64,000 nucleotides of DNA from Octopus sinensis (Eukaryota). The stretch lies in NCBI RefSeq assembly GCF_006345805.1, contig NC_043019.1, positions 6,881,360-6,945,359 on the forward strand. The letters are read 5' to 3'. The notes below the pieces were generated by a model. That model was not told where the DNA came from. It saw only the letters and a program-made list of their open reading frames with translations, and did not search any database. Made by a program: the position numbers and the translations under genes. The stretch's first letter is position 1, and every line of letters begins with the position of its first letter. Of the stretch, positions 1 to 12,639 are shown piece by piece.

Positions 1-299
1 TATATACTTGTATGTATATATGAGGGGTTCGGAGAGAGTGAGAGAGAGAGAAAGTGAGAGGGTGTTAGTGAAAGACAATTATTAAATCGGGATGAAATAT
101 TGTTTTGTATCTTAATGGAATATATACAGCTATTTTACTAATCATTTTAGCTTTAATATGTTGGTATTATTACATGCAAAATGTATCAAACAGTTGCATA
201 AGTGGAAATATATATATATATACATAATAAGTTAAATGTACATGCACATCGATATATTCGCAGTCATACTCACCCGCAATCACATATTCACATATACGT

Positions 300-304
300 A
301 TAAC

Positions 305-358
<54 letters not shown>

Positions 359-445
359 GTGTATATATATATATATTATATATATATATATTATGTATGC
401 ATGTATGTATGAGTATATATATATGTGTATATATATATATCTATC

Positions 446-514
<69 letters not shown>

Positions 515-660
515 TAATATGTGTATATACATATACATATACATATACACATGTATACATGTAAGCATACATACATATGTTTATATATGTGTGTATATAT
601 GTATATATATATGTATATATACATATATGTATGTATGTATATATACATGCATAAATTCAT
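300..660. repeat. Compound (TA)n/(TG)n/(TATG)n microsatellite
   Basis: Directly visible dinucleotide runs. They generate the YI-repeat ORFs at 170-668. Confidence 0.95.
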
Positions 661-686
661 ATAGGTAAATACATTGACAGATACAC

Positions 687-831
<145 letters not shown>

Positions 832-2194
832 TATCTGTATGTATAGACAGAAAGGAAGAAAAGACAAGGCAGTAGTCAGAATTTCTGGTTAAGTCTATGC
901 TGGAAATATCTGTGATTATATTAAAATAAGTTAGAACATTTTCAAAAATAGCAGATAAAAATTAATAAAATTTATTAAATGGGATCTTGGAGAATTAGTA
1001 TTCCGCCGTTTCACTGCTATAATGCGCAATCACCACAGGCGACAATCATAATTAATTGTATATGGTATGCAAATTACGTGTTCTTGAGAAAGTTTCGCTA
1101 AAATCTCGCCCAAAGCAGTATAACTTGGCCAATTGTTTTAGCTCAGAATAATTTTTCCAATCGCAAAGTTTGTCTTGTGACTAAGATTTTTTCCTTGAAT
1201 TAATGTGTATAACGTATGCGTCTTTGTGTGGATGTGATTGTGTGTATATGTGCCTATATCTCTATTTATACCTGTCTATCTATATATCTATGCATGCTGG
1301 TATCTATGTGCATGTATATATATATACATGGATATACACATGTAGACAGACGCAAAGGCACACACAAATACAGCTCACACTCACACACGATTTGTGTAAA
1401 ATTGAATATGGAACAATCAAATATTACATGGCACAGCACTCCCCACATGTCATTAGTGGAATTTTAAGACCGTACTACGCTGAATCTAATCAACATGGAA
1501 ACTTGGAAATCAATATCATCCTTATACACACAAACACTCACACGTAAATACACACACATACATATACACATACACTCATACACACAGAAACACCTCTCTC
1601 TCTTTATATATGTTTATATATATTCATACATACATATATTTAACATATGTGTGTGTGGATAACTGTGCGTATATGTATGTGTCTGCATGTATGATTACTA
1701 CCTGTGAATATAGACATTTCATTTCTTAACCCTATATATTCACAGGATAAATAAATATTTTATCCATAGTTTCAACCCAGCTCTTTGCGATTTTCCAATG
1801 GTTCTGTTCGGCTGTCTTTTTTCTGCCTCCTTCGTTAACGGATTTTAAGACCGCTCAAAATGGCCGATCATTAAATCACCTCACTTAATCCTGACTTTCT
1901 CTGTTTTAACTTGAATTATATTCGATCATGTTACTGTCGAAAATTGTGTTGCTCTTATATGCTCTCTTGCTAAATTGCTACATTTCTATCAATTGCTGAG
2001 CTGTGAAATATTTATTTCCACTAAAAGAAGAACGAACAAGTGACATCTCTCCGAAAATTATATACAATCGCTTATATAAAATGCTGTTACTTCCATAAAA
2101 TGAACGTTCTGTAATCCAGTTATTTGATAGGGAAAGTAAGTTTTATATCTCTTGTTACTATTGTGTATTTGTATTGTTGTTAGGTCCTGCTTAT

Positions 2195-2400
2195 TGGTTT
2201 TATAATTTAGCACGGAAGCAGGAGGTTTTGAGGAGGGAGAAATCGATTACGTTCACACTAATGGTTGAATTGTACATCTTTTATGGACCTTCGACGGATG
2301 AAATGCAAAAGTGATCTCGGTGAAATTTGATATCAGAACGTAAGGACGGACAAAACGCAGCAAAGGAATTTCGCTCCCCCCGTACTAACAGCTCTGTCTG
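2195..2400 (-). mobile_element. SINE family A copy (GGCGAGCTGGCAGAA-headed), diverged
   Basis: Reverse complement aligns by eye to other family A copies (ttacgttctga..tcaaattt..ccgag.tc.ctttgc). Confidence 0.7.
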
Positions 2401-2748
2401 TGCACCCATTTTGTTACGTGCTGAATATCGAACACATCTAATCATTGAATCAATAATCCAACGGAAATTCAGCAAAATCTCCGATGAGACGGTCGTGTGT
2501 GTGTTTTCATCTTAAAAAGTAGTTTCATGGCAATTTCTTTGAAGGACCGGTTGTGATTTTTATCAGAATTGTGATTGCCTAGACATCCCCACGGATTTTC
2601 TTGTCATTTGTGTTTAAATTAAAAAACAAATGAGTAGAGTTCTAAAGGATACAACTTAGAACTTACAGCTAAATCTTCTTGAAATTATATTGTCTCTCAC
2701 GTTAAGACCAAAATTTGAACTACGTGTATTGTTAATTATAGTTAGAAT

Positions 2749-2935
2749 GCAGGGAGCTCGCAGAATCTTTTGTACATTGTGGAAAATGCTTATGGCATTT
2801 TACAGCATTTCCTCTCTCTTTGTGTTCTGAGTTCAAATTCCGCCGTGGTCGACTTTGCCTTTCATGCTCTTGGGGTTGAGGAAATAAGTAATAGTTGAGC
2901 ACTAGGTTCAATGTAATCGACCAACCACATCTCCA
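2749..2935 (+). mobile_element. SINE family A copy
   Basis: Contains gttctgagttcaaattccgccgtggtcgactttgcctttcat (B-box-like core shared by all family A copies). Confidence 0.85.
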
Positions 2936-3384
2936 TGGGAAACATAAAAAAAAATTCTGTTGTATATTTAAGAGATGAGGAATTATGTACATTATTTACA
3001 TTTGACGGACATTTGTCCTCAACTTTGTTCAATAATGTAAATAATGTATGAACATTCTTTTGATATCAAATGCAACTTTCAAAGCCTTACCGTTCATCGA
3101 GAAAGACCATTATCTACCTAGTTTTCGACGCTAGGAAATATAATTTATGATTTTATTGTCCTGGAACTAAACTAGATTTTAAAACATTTTTGTTACATAT
3201 TCCACTCTTCTGAAGTTCATGACAGATCAAAATCTTCTTCACACATTTCTCTCCTTATTTTTTTTTTAGCCAACCAGTCGTATTGTATCAGGTCATTTTC
3301 ACCGACTAGCACACTAGCAGTGCCACTATAGAAACCCGATCACCTATAATGATGCCGCGGCCCAGCTTGCGGATTTATCGTAAT

Positions 3385-3601
3385 ATTAGTTTCAAATTTT
3401 GACAAAAGTCAGCACATTTGTTGGAGGGTTTAAGTCGTTTACATCGACACCAATTTATTACTGGTGTTTATTTTATTGACTCCGAAAGGAAGAAAGGCAA
3501 AGTCGGCCAACGGCGGAATTTGAACTAAGAACGTAAAAACGGACGAAATACCGCTCAGAATATCGTCCGGTGTGATAAAGATTCTGTCAGCTCACCGCCT
3601 T
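3385..3601 (-). mobile_element. SINE family A copy
   Basis: aaaggcaaagtcggcc..ggcggaatttgaactaagaacgtaa is the reverse complement of the family A core. Confidence 0.85.
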
Positions 3602-4094
3602 GATTTAATGTAATATTGATAAATTATTGCGTTACTCGACTTCTTATAGAGAACTGTCTATTCCTAAACATCACACACGCATCGTGCTATCATCTAACAT
3701 TTCAGATCTGAGAAGTGTGCTTCTCTTATGCAATCATCTTCCTCGCTTTTCAAAATGCCTTGACTCTGACCAAATACGAATTTCAACTCAAAAGAAGATC
3801 GACTAACAACACAGCATAGACACATTTATCGCAACAATGAAGGAAAAATAACATAAATGTATCCCACCTTTTTCCTCTTTTATGCATCTAAATGTACCGC
3901 CATATGATTTTGTATTCCATTATCAGACACATTTACTAAAATGAGGTGATTCCAGCACATCATTCAACAGTTGATATTTCATTAATTTATGTTATCATTT
4001 TATTCGACAAACCATTTACCTACATTTCAATAATATATATTCGCTATTGTTATACATTTGTTCTTCAATTGTAAGCTGGATTTTGTTTATATTG

Positions 4095-4142
4095 TACTAA
4101 ATATTTCAGACGACAGCGTATCGTCTGCCTTCGTCAGTTGTA
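4095..4142 (-). ncRNA. Minimal type-I hammerhead ribozyme-like motif (Penelope-like element type)
   Basis: Minus strand: UACAA-CUGACGA-AGGC-AGACGA[UACGCUG]UCGUCU-GAAA-UA-UU-UAGUA. Intact core, 6-bp helix II, palindromic AAUAUU helix III, helix I 4/5 bp. Confidence 0.7.
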
Positions 4143-4423
4143 AATGAACAAGACACTTTTCTTTTCTCAGCTATTGAAAGTTACGAGAAACGTCAAATAC
4201 CATTTCTTCTTTCGATTCTTCCCATTCTGAAGAATAATTGCTTTTCTTCAACACCGAATCTCGCAGCCGTCCAGTCGACTGAAGTATAGAATATCTATTA
4301 TGGCAGAATTTTTTGGACCATAATTTACTTTTCGTTAACAAAGCTGTGTCGGAAGTTCATGCAGCAAGTGCCAAACATCGCAGCAAAAATGTTGGCTGCC
4401 CGACACAGCAAATGTCTGTTACA

Positions 4424-4498
<75 letters not shown>

Positions 4499-4565
4499 GT
4501 GCGTGTGCGCGTGTGTGGGTGGCTGTGCGCACGTGTGTATGTGTGTGTCATTGTATTCATTTATA

Positions 4566-4861
4566 GTGAGGGCGCGTGGCTTAGTGGTAGGGAATGCGGC
4601 TCATGATCGTAAGGTGTGAGTTCGATTCCCGGCGACGCGTGTGTCCTAGCAGACACTTTATTTCACGTTGCTCCAGTCCACTCAGCTGGCAAAAATGAGT
4701 TGTACTATTTCAAAGGGTCAGCCTTGTCACTCTCTGTGTCCGCTGATATCCCCACTACGTTAAGGGTACACGTGTAATGCCTCAGCCATTTGCACGTTAA
4801 TTCACGAGCAAGCTGTTCCGTTGATCGTATCAGCTACCCTCGTCGTCGTAACCGGGGAGTC
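4566..4861 (+). mobile_element. tRNA-derived SINE family C
   Basis: tRNA-like head (ggcgcgtggcttagtggta..gagttcgattccc) with A/B boxes. Tail gcacgttaattcacgagcaagctgttccgttgatcg..cctcgtcgtcgtaacc is shared with 12032, 14201 and 15425. Confidence 0.85.
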
Positions 4862-4995
4862 TAAGAAGATTCATGTATATAAGGATAAAGAAAGATTACA
4901 CAACTATTAGATATACCTATACATTCACACACTACATGCATATATATATATACACATACATCCATACATATATGTATACATACATACACATATAC

Positions 4996-5056
<61 letters not shown>

Positions 5057-5589
5057 TAGCAGTTGTAGTAACCGACTAAGGGATAATATATCCGTATGTA
5101 CTATCAGTATCCGTTACCTTATTATCCCCGGGCAATGGTGTGCAGGGACACCATACACGCCGAGCACAGGTGACAACAGGATAGACAAAAGTTTATCAGG
5201 AACCAATGCAAATAATTAGAAAATGGGGATAAACATAGATTAATCAGTACATGAATAGGACCACATTTAAAATTTGTTTGTTGATACAAAACAAGACATA
5301 ACAATGCTAACAGCTGTTTCTGATCAAAATTCCCAGAATGCAGTCAATACATAAATGCGAGAATAGAATTCTTCATCTTCATAGGGCAGTCGAATTAAGG
5401 CAACAGATCTTCATCAGAGTGGAAAAAAATGATCGTACAATATAGACAAAAGGGAGAAGGAAGAGGTAAGAAAACATGTTTTAGATAAATAGTCTAAAAG
5501 GCCAATATGTTATGTGCACATAATTCTTTACCATCCGCGCTAACAGAACTTAGATGAGAGATTGAGGTATTAAAGGAATAGGGAATCCT

Positions 5590-6095
5590 ACAAGTTATTA
5601 AGGGGAAGTTGCCGTTTTAAGGGGGTCAGGGTGTTAAAGGAAGAAGTTATCCAGAAGTTCTGTGTAAATAAGAAACTTAGAAAATTCGCAAAGGTAAAAC
5701 CTATGTTAAGAGGGGTGTACTTAAGTAGGTCCACGTAACCGTCTGAATTGATACTAAGGCCCCGATTGCCCGCCGTGGAAATAAACACGAGCGTGCGGAC
5801 GGAATGAAAGGGCCTTCTCTGTCCCTTCCTGGTGGCCACAGATTAATTGTCTGCGTTGCAGCTGTGTATGTCACGTCAAATGCCTTTTGCACTTGCCGCA
5901 GAGCAATGTTCAGTAGCCATGATATCGGTAGTTTGATACCCAGCGGGAAGCTTCTCAAATATATGGATGACTACGACTCTTCCGTGACCGCTAAATTTTC
6001 ATCAACAACACCTTTCGTATTTCTGCTCTCCCACGCCTTTGACTATTCGTAAAGATCTCCGTGCAAATAATTCTACATACTGACAGACTAGTTGA
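5590..6095 (-). mobile_element. Possible degenerate non-LTR reverse transcriptase fragment (RLE clade-like)
   Basis: Minus-strand translation KGVVDENLAV...QVQKAFDVT resembles RT motifs (G..EN, LD.xKAFD.V). Interrupted by stops. Confidence 0.4.
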
Positions 6096-6142
6096 AGGAA
6101 GATCGCTTAAATTAAGAATTATCAGTTATATATATACATGTT

Positions 6143-6452
6143 GTGTGGAGGTGCAATGCCCCAGTGGTTAGAGCAGCGAACTCGCGGTCGTAGGATCGCA
6201 GTTTCGATTCCCAGACCGGGCGTCGTGAGGGTTTATTGACCGAAAACACCTAAAGCTCCACGAGCCTCCGGCAGGGGTGGTGGCGATCCCTGCTGTAATC
6301 TTTCGCCACAACTTTCTCCCACTCTTTCTTCTGTTGACCTGCTCGCTTAGCCAGCGGGGTGGCGATATTTGAAGGCTAAAACAATGCGAAGTGCATTGTG
6401 ACCAGCGATGTGTAGCAACATCTGACAGCCTAGTCGGCCACGATGGTCAAGG
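6143..6452 (+). mobile_element. tRNA-derived SINE family D, flanked by (TA)n
   Basis: Head ggtgcaatgccccagtggttagagcagcgaactcgcggtcgtaggatcgcagtttcgattccc has A/B boxes. It is followed by a non-tRNA body. Confidence 0.85.
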
Positions 6453-6704
6453 TTATATATATATGTTGTGAAGTGAACTGACACACCCACACATGACTGG
6501 CAGTGGACTGGTCGATCTTATAAATCGATGAGCCCAGTAGACAGTTGATCTAGAACTGTGAGAGCTTTCGTCTCGTTATTCATTCTGCGTTGGAGTATTC
6601 CATCGTTCTTGTGCGAACGGTTATAAAATAACCAACTCTTGTTACATTTTTAGTTGTTTTACAGTTATATTTGGTACAGTTATATTTGGTACAGTGATAT
6701 ATTG

Positions 6705-6739
<35 letters not shown>

Positions 6740-7309
6740 CACCTGCGCAGCATCATACATCATCAACGACGATATAATAGTATCTAAATATATTATCAAA
6801 AAGTGGATTTATGCTTCTGTATGGTGAGTTCGCGCTTGCTCTGTTTACAGCTTATTAGACACGTGTGTTATTATATAAGTCACAAATCCACACAAACACA
6901 CACACACGCAGATATATGTACTCACACACTACAAAAATATAACGTTTATGTTGACAATACGTAGACACTATTTGATTGTGCAAGCACGAGAAACGCATGT
7001 AGCAAATACAAGGACATACACACACAAGGCACTGCTCCATATTACAATTGCACGTCACACACACTGAGGAACGAATTGAAATTACACACACAGACATGCA
7101 TTCACCTACTGCAAAGTGCTCTTCGCGCTAAAAGCACGTACATCTTCAGAACAGCGTATAATAATAATTTGGCGAGTGGAAACTGTATCATGAATGTAGG
7201 AAAAGGATTCTATAAACGGATGATTTTATTATTCAAATAAACGGTCAAAATTACTTCTGGATCATGCACATTACAACACTTTCAGTGGGGGATTCATAAA
7301 ACATATATA

Positions 7310-7340
7310 TACGAGGTGGTATCAAAAAGTTGCCGAACTA
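7310..7340 (+). mobile_element. Solo mariner-like terminal inverted repeat fragment
   Basis: TAcgaggtggtatcaaaaagt resembles the TIR at 13910 (TAcgagggtgagtcaaaaagt on the minus strand). Confidence 0.4.
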
Positions 7341-7362
7341 GTTATGTTTCATAATATATATA

Positions 7363-7572
7363 TATGACCAAAATTGTGACCTCGTGTGTACCGTTGGCGA
7401 TTTTTTTCCCTCTGTCTTCCCTTCTCTGGATCTTTCCTTCTCCTATGTTTCCGACGAAGACCTCCGCTCGAAACGTTAAACCCTCCTTCTTTCCTGAGCG
7501 TCCAATAATTCTATATTTGTACTACGTCCTCGCGTTGTTGTGTTTTTTTGTGCTTTCTTGTTTGGATTAACT
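7363..7572 (+). mobile_element. Penelope-like terminal repeat fragment carrying a hammerhead motif, in (TA)n
   Basis: Pyrimidine-rich leader followed by a hammerhead core. Homologous to 8019-8125. Confidence 0.6.
7447..7481 (+). ncRNA. Minimal type-I hammerhead ribozyme-like motif (C at position 4)
   Basis: GUUU-CCGACGA-A-GACC[UCC]GCUC-GAAA-CG-UU-AAAC. Perfect 4-bp helix I, palindromic AACGUU, one helix II mismatch. Confidence 0.7.
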
Positions 7573-7679
7573 CTCTCTATCTCTCTCCTCTCTATATATA
7601 TATATATATATAATGAAATTTTACATTTCTTTAATCCAGAAACGCGTATGTCATTGATCAAAGCCGGGTGGATTCGTTA

Positions 7680-7930
7680 TTTTTTTCTCTTTACCAGCGT
7701 GAATTAGGATTATTGCTGTCTGGGAGATATCTTAAGGTAGAGGAAAGGTATTTAACTGTTATTTCTAAAGTTCGGTATGTGGTGAAGCAATTTGCTGAAC
7801 CCTAATTAGAATTATACTTATAATTATAGAATTTTTCTACAGTGTTACCGATAGTGGTTCTTTTAATATACCGAACTACTTGGTAACATTTTTAAGTACT
7901 AATTAATTCACTAATTTTACCCTTGTTAAT
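7680..7930. repeat. Dispersed repeat fragment of unknown class
   Basis: Motifs ctaaagttcg(g)tatgtgg..taattatagaat..cttggta..ttacccTT recur at 53742-53915 and 55782-55950. The terminal motif also appears in reverse near 62785. Confidence 0.5.
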
Positions 7931-7933
7931 ATG

Positions 7934-7975
<42 letters not shown>

Positions 7976-8082
7976 CATATGTATATACACACACACACAC
8001 ATATATATATTTCAAAATGTAGCTACATGTGTATCGTTGGTGATTTATTTCCTCCGTCTCCTTTTCTTCTGGAATTTCTTCT

Positions 8083-8118
8083 GTTTCTGAAGAAGAGCTT
8101 TGCTCGAAACATTTTGTT
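8083..8118 (+). ncRNA. Hammerhead ribozyme-like core
   Basis: GUUU-CUGAAGA-A-GAGC[UUU]GCUC-GAAAC. Canonical core and perfect helix II, but the 3' strand of helix I is degenerate. Confidence 0.6.
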
Positions 8119-8606
8119 ATTGGAATTACTATATATGCATATATATATATGTATATAGGTATATATATATATATGTATATATATACATATATATGCATAT
8201 ATGTATGTATATGTATATATATATATGTATATAATATATATATATATATGTATATAGGTATGTGTTAATATATATATATATATATAGATATATATATATA
8301 TATATATATATAGATTATATATATATACATGTGCGTTATATATATATATGTTTATATGTGCGTGTGTATCTAAATATATGAATGAATACATCTATAAGCA
8401 TGCTTATATATGTAAGCGTACACAGCCACAGGCAAATATTTTTCCTTATTATCTCCGAACCACATCTATATCTCTGCATCTATATACGCGTGTATATATA
8501 TATGAGCGTCCATGTATACTGTTATACGGATGTATATGTACAAATAGTCATGCTTATCGCTTTTAACCATCACTGTGTTCATATCTCTCTTTATATCAGT
8601 CGAGAT

Positions 8607-8706
8607 NNNNNNNNNNNNNNNNNNNNNNNNNNNNNNNNNNNNNNNNNNNNNNNNNNNNNNNNNNNNNNNNNNNNNNNNNNNNNNNNNNNNNNNNNNNNNN
8701 NNNNNN
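8607..8706. other. Assembly gap (100 N)
   Basis: Run of exactly 100 N, a typical scaffold spacer. Confidence 1.
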
Positions 8707-8979
8707 AATATATAACACGTTATTAAAAAATGTTCATGAGACAATCTGCTACACAAAACACCTGCGATAAAATTCTTCAAAATATATTACTTTTGAAAAT
8801 CGAAAACATTTGCGGAAATCGGCTAAGTAATTATATATGAATTTCTATAAAGTAATTTTTCATAGAAAGCATTTCCAGGTTTATTTTTAAATTCTTTATT
8901 CTTCATTTCCTCTGGAAAAAAATATTTTTTTCAGTATGTATATAAAAAGATATACATGTATGTGCATGTATATATATAA

Positions 8980-9010
<31 letters not shown>

Positions 9011-9241
9011 CTATATATATATATATATATATATTATAATATATATATATAATATATATATATATATAGATATATATATTATATATATATTTAAACTAAA
9101 TTAAGAACAATCATAAATAACTGGAAGAACTACAGGGGGCAGACTGATTACTAATGCAACACCAGTGTGTATATGTTACTTGCCCATTTTCTTCTCCTTC
9201 CTCGCCATACAGGTCAGCAGTGGCATTTTCCATCACTCGCC

Positions 9242-9279
9242 TGTCCTGAAGAAGGAGTCATAGCCCCGAAATATAGAAA
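9242..9279 (+). ncRNA. Minimal hammerhead ribozyme-like motif within a Penelope-like fragment (~9090-9375)
   Basis: UGUC-CUGAAGA-A-GGAG[UCAUAG]CCCC-GAAA-UA-UA-GAAA. Intact core, helix II 3/4 bp, helix I 3/4 bp. Confidence 0.55.
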
Positions 9280-9410
9280 TATAAATTAAGACAAAAGCTT
9301 GTTTGTTTCCTTTCCTTTTGTAGTTTATTCTACATCTCGCCTTGTTCCAGCCTTACACAATAATTCTCATTCATTTATACACACACACACACCACACACG
9401 CATATATATA

Positions 9411-9479
<69 letters not shown>

Positions 9480-9701
9480 ATGCGTGTATGCGTAGGTGTG
9501 CGACTCTCTCTATATATGTAGCGGATCTACACCTAGCATAATGGTGTCACATAGTGATGTTCCCTCTCATATATATATATATATAGACCGGAGTAAACAC
9601 ATAAATGTGAAACAAGGTGGAAAAAAGAGTACTCAAATACCAGTGGTAGAGTAATATGCTTTATTTTAAGCAGCAGAAAATTCAACAATATATATATATT
9701 A

Positions 9702-9778
9702 CCAGGTGGTGCTATTAAGTTAGACATGGCCTGGGCCAATAATGGCCGAAACCTATCAAAGTATCAAAGTATCAAAGT
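9702..9778 (+). mobile_element. Extremely 5'-truncated 3' end of the CR1-like LINE, with (TATCAAAG)n tail
   Basis: About 50 nt nearly identical to 11909-11960, followed by three tail units and flanked by (TA)n. Confidence 0.85.
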
Positions 9779-9808
9779 ATATATATATAATAGATATATA
9801 TATATATA

Positions 9809-11977
9809 CACGCCCACTAACATCAAAAAGTCCTGGCAGTCACTTGTAGACACCATCACGAACATATGTGCAAGACAACCCCATTAAGATCTGCAAACAA
9901 ATCTAAGTGTCGAATCCCTAGAAATAGAAAATCTCTCATAAGGAAAATAAAAGAATCAACAAAAAGATCACATGCTGAAATACTGTCAACAGCAACACAC
10001 CAACCTGACTCCATCAGGGTCGCTAGAGATTAAAAAACATAACTCCAAAACAACATGATGTCTATCATCAATAGTCAGCGAAGAGCTGAAGAGGCCTGGG
10101 CCATTGAGGATCAAACTCAATCCCAAAGTGTTCTTTTCATTTGCAAAAAACACAGAGTCATGGTTCTACTGTTGGCCCTCTGATTGATGAAAATGGTACT
10201 CTTCAAGACAATGCCAAAACCATGGGAGAAATATTGCAGAAACAATATTGCTCTGTTTTCAGCAATCCTGATATGACTGATCGGCTGTATCAGTGATGTT
10301 ACTCCCCAATACACTTTATCGGACATAACATTTGGCGCTCCTGATGTCTTAGCAGCCAATAAAGGAAATGAAGCATAATTCAGCAGTAGGTCCCGATAGG
10401 TTTCCTGCTTGTGTCTTGAAGATGTGTCAAAAACCAACTTGCACCCCTCTAGCCAATCTGTGGCGGAACTCATTGGATGCTGGATATATACCAGAAGACC
10501 TTCTATCCCAGTCTGTTGTCCCAGTTTCAAAAAGGAAACAAATCGCTTGCCGTAATTACCGTCCAATCTCACTCACCTCTCATATCATCAAGGTATTTGA
10601 GAGGGTGCTGAGATCGCGTATGACTCACTTCCTTGAGAGTCATATATGCTGAAACCCCAACCAGCATGGAGTCCGTAATGGGAGAGATTGCCTGACGCAG
10701 CTACTGCATCATTTTGATGACATTTTGAGAGCCTTGGGAGAGGGTTCCAACATGATGTCATCTACCTTGATTTCAGCAAGGCCTTTGACAGGGTTGATCA
10801 TAAGATCCTTCTGAGAAAGTTGTCCAAATTGGTGTCACTGGAAGCTGCTGCAATGGATCAAGTGCTTCCTCTCTAACAGAACCCAACATGTTGTAGTCGA
10901 AGGAGTCAAATCCACCCAGCCAAAGTCAGCAGTGGTGTCCCACAAGGCACTGTGTTGGGCCCACTCTCTTCATCATCTACATAAATGATATTACTGACAC
11001 CATCAAACACAGCAACATCAGAACCTTCGCTGATGATTCCAGCTCCGAAGGTCATCAATGGCGTGGATGACCGAATAAACCTTCAGTCAGACCTATGGCT
11101 GTTGTCCAATGGGCGGAAAAGAATAACATGTTGCTAAATGAAGACAAATTCGAACTGATCCACTTTGGAAGGGAGGACGCTCTGAAACTCCCATACTCTC
11201 TTCCTTCTGGAGAAATTCTCATGGCATCCAACACATCAGAGACCTGGGAGTAACAGTGGACAACAACATAAGCTGGGCTACATATAAGCAGCAAAGTTGA
11301 CATGCCCGCAGAATGTGTTCCTGGATTCTCAAACCTTCCAGTCGAGAGATTCCCACGCTATTATCCTTCTCTTCTCCACTTTGCCCGACCCCACCTTGAA
11401 TACTGCTGTCCTGTGGTCTCCCTACACAAAACAAAATATTATGAGAATTGAAGCTCCCAAAGGTCAATCACAAAAGATAGATGGCATGTCAGACCTTGAC
11501 TACTGGGTAGACTAGAGAAGCTGAAATTGTATTCATTCCAACGACGCCGTGAACGCTACATTATCTGTATGATGTGGAAAATATTCCATCAGCACTGTCC
11601 GATGATGTTGGCATCACCTTCAAAATGCATCCAAGGCTTGGACCACGTGCCATCCGTCCACAACAAAAATCTAAATCGCATCACATAACGACAATACGGC
11701 ACAACTATTTCACCTCAATTGGACCCGCTCTCTTCAACATTACACAGACACGTCACAAAAAGAAACTGACCACACAAAATTCAAGAAGTCTTGGACAAAT
11801 TCCTTCAAACAGTACCGGACAAACCACCCACACCCGGATATGTCTCTGCAAACAATAACTCTCTGCTTGAATGGGGCTTGGGGCCCAATCCTGAACTGAA
11901 AGACTTCGCCAGGTGGTGCTATTAAGTTAGACATGGCCTGGCCAATACTGGCCAAAAACCTTTCTAAGTTTCTAAGT
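9809..11977 (+). mobile_element. 5'-truncated CR1/L2-group LINE with frameshifted reverse transcriptase
   Basis: Motifs RNYRPISLTSHIIKVFERVL (~10551), DVIYLDFSKAFDRVDH (10754), SGVPQGTVLGPL (10931), FADD (11026). Tandem (TTTCTAAG) tail, flanked by (TA)n, no endonuclease domain seen. Confidence 0.93.
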
Positions 11978-12000
11978 TATATATATATAATATATATATA

Positions 12001-12031
<31 letters not shown>

Positions 12032-12345
12032 GGCACCCCGTCGTTTACGACGACGAGGGTTCTAGTTGATCCGATCAATAGAACAGCCTGCTTGTGAAAT
12101 TACCGTGCAAGTGGCTGAGTACTCCACAGACACGTGTACACGTAACGCAGTTCTTGGGGTAGTTGAGTGTGACGCAGAGTGTGACAAGGCTGGCCCTTTG
12201 AAATACAGGTACTTCTCATTTTTGCCAGCTGAGAGGACTGGGGCGACGCCAAATGAAATACCTTGCTCAAAGATTCGATGCGCCGCCGGGAATCGAAATC
12301 TGAACCCTAAGATCGCTGACCGAAGACAATAACCACCTAGCCATG
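12032..12345 (-). mobile_element. tRNA-derived SINE family C, near full length
   Basis: Reverse complement matches 4566-4861 from tRNA head to tail. Confidence 0.85.
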
Positions 12346-12639
12346 CAGCTTAAGCACAAAGAAGTATGAATGGCAAAAATCGTAAATCAACATGAATCTT
12401 ATTTCGTTCCACTCGAACATTTCTGCCAATCCTCCAAGTTACGCTTCTCTAAACTCCATGCTAATAATTGTCTGTTCTATGACTTAATTCGCACCGTATT
12501 TCATTGGAATACACATTTTATATAGATGCTTGTAAGTAGCAGAAGACCATTTTATTTAAATCCACGTTTTTTTTTCCATACAAAATGTAATTACCAAACT
12601 CTCACATTGATAATTTTGAATTGTAGTTCAAGACACCAG

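Noticed and set aside
2481-2495. CCGAUGA-GAC..GUC and, at 28442, UCGACGA-AGAC-CAAA-GUC
   Set aside because: No GAAA follows the stem.
4566-6220. tRNA-like sequences at SINE heads (also 14201, 25327, 26061)
   Set aside because: They lack complete cloverleaf pairing and continue into SINE bodies, so they are not tRNA genes.
7110-7155. Minus-strand CUGAAGA..6-bp stem..GAAG motif (a similar one lies at ~42375-42405)
   Set aside because: GAAA is altered to GAAG and there is no helix I.
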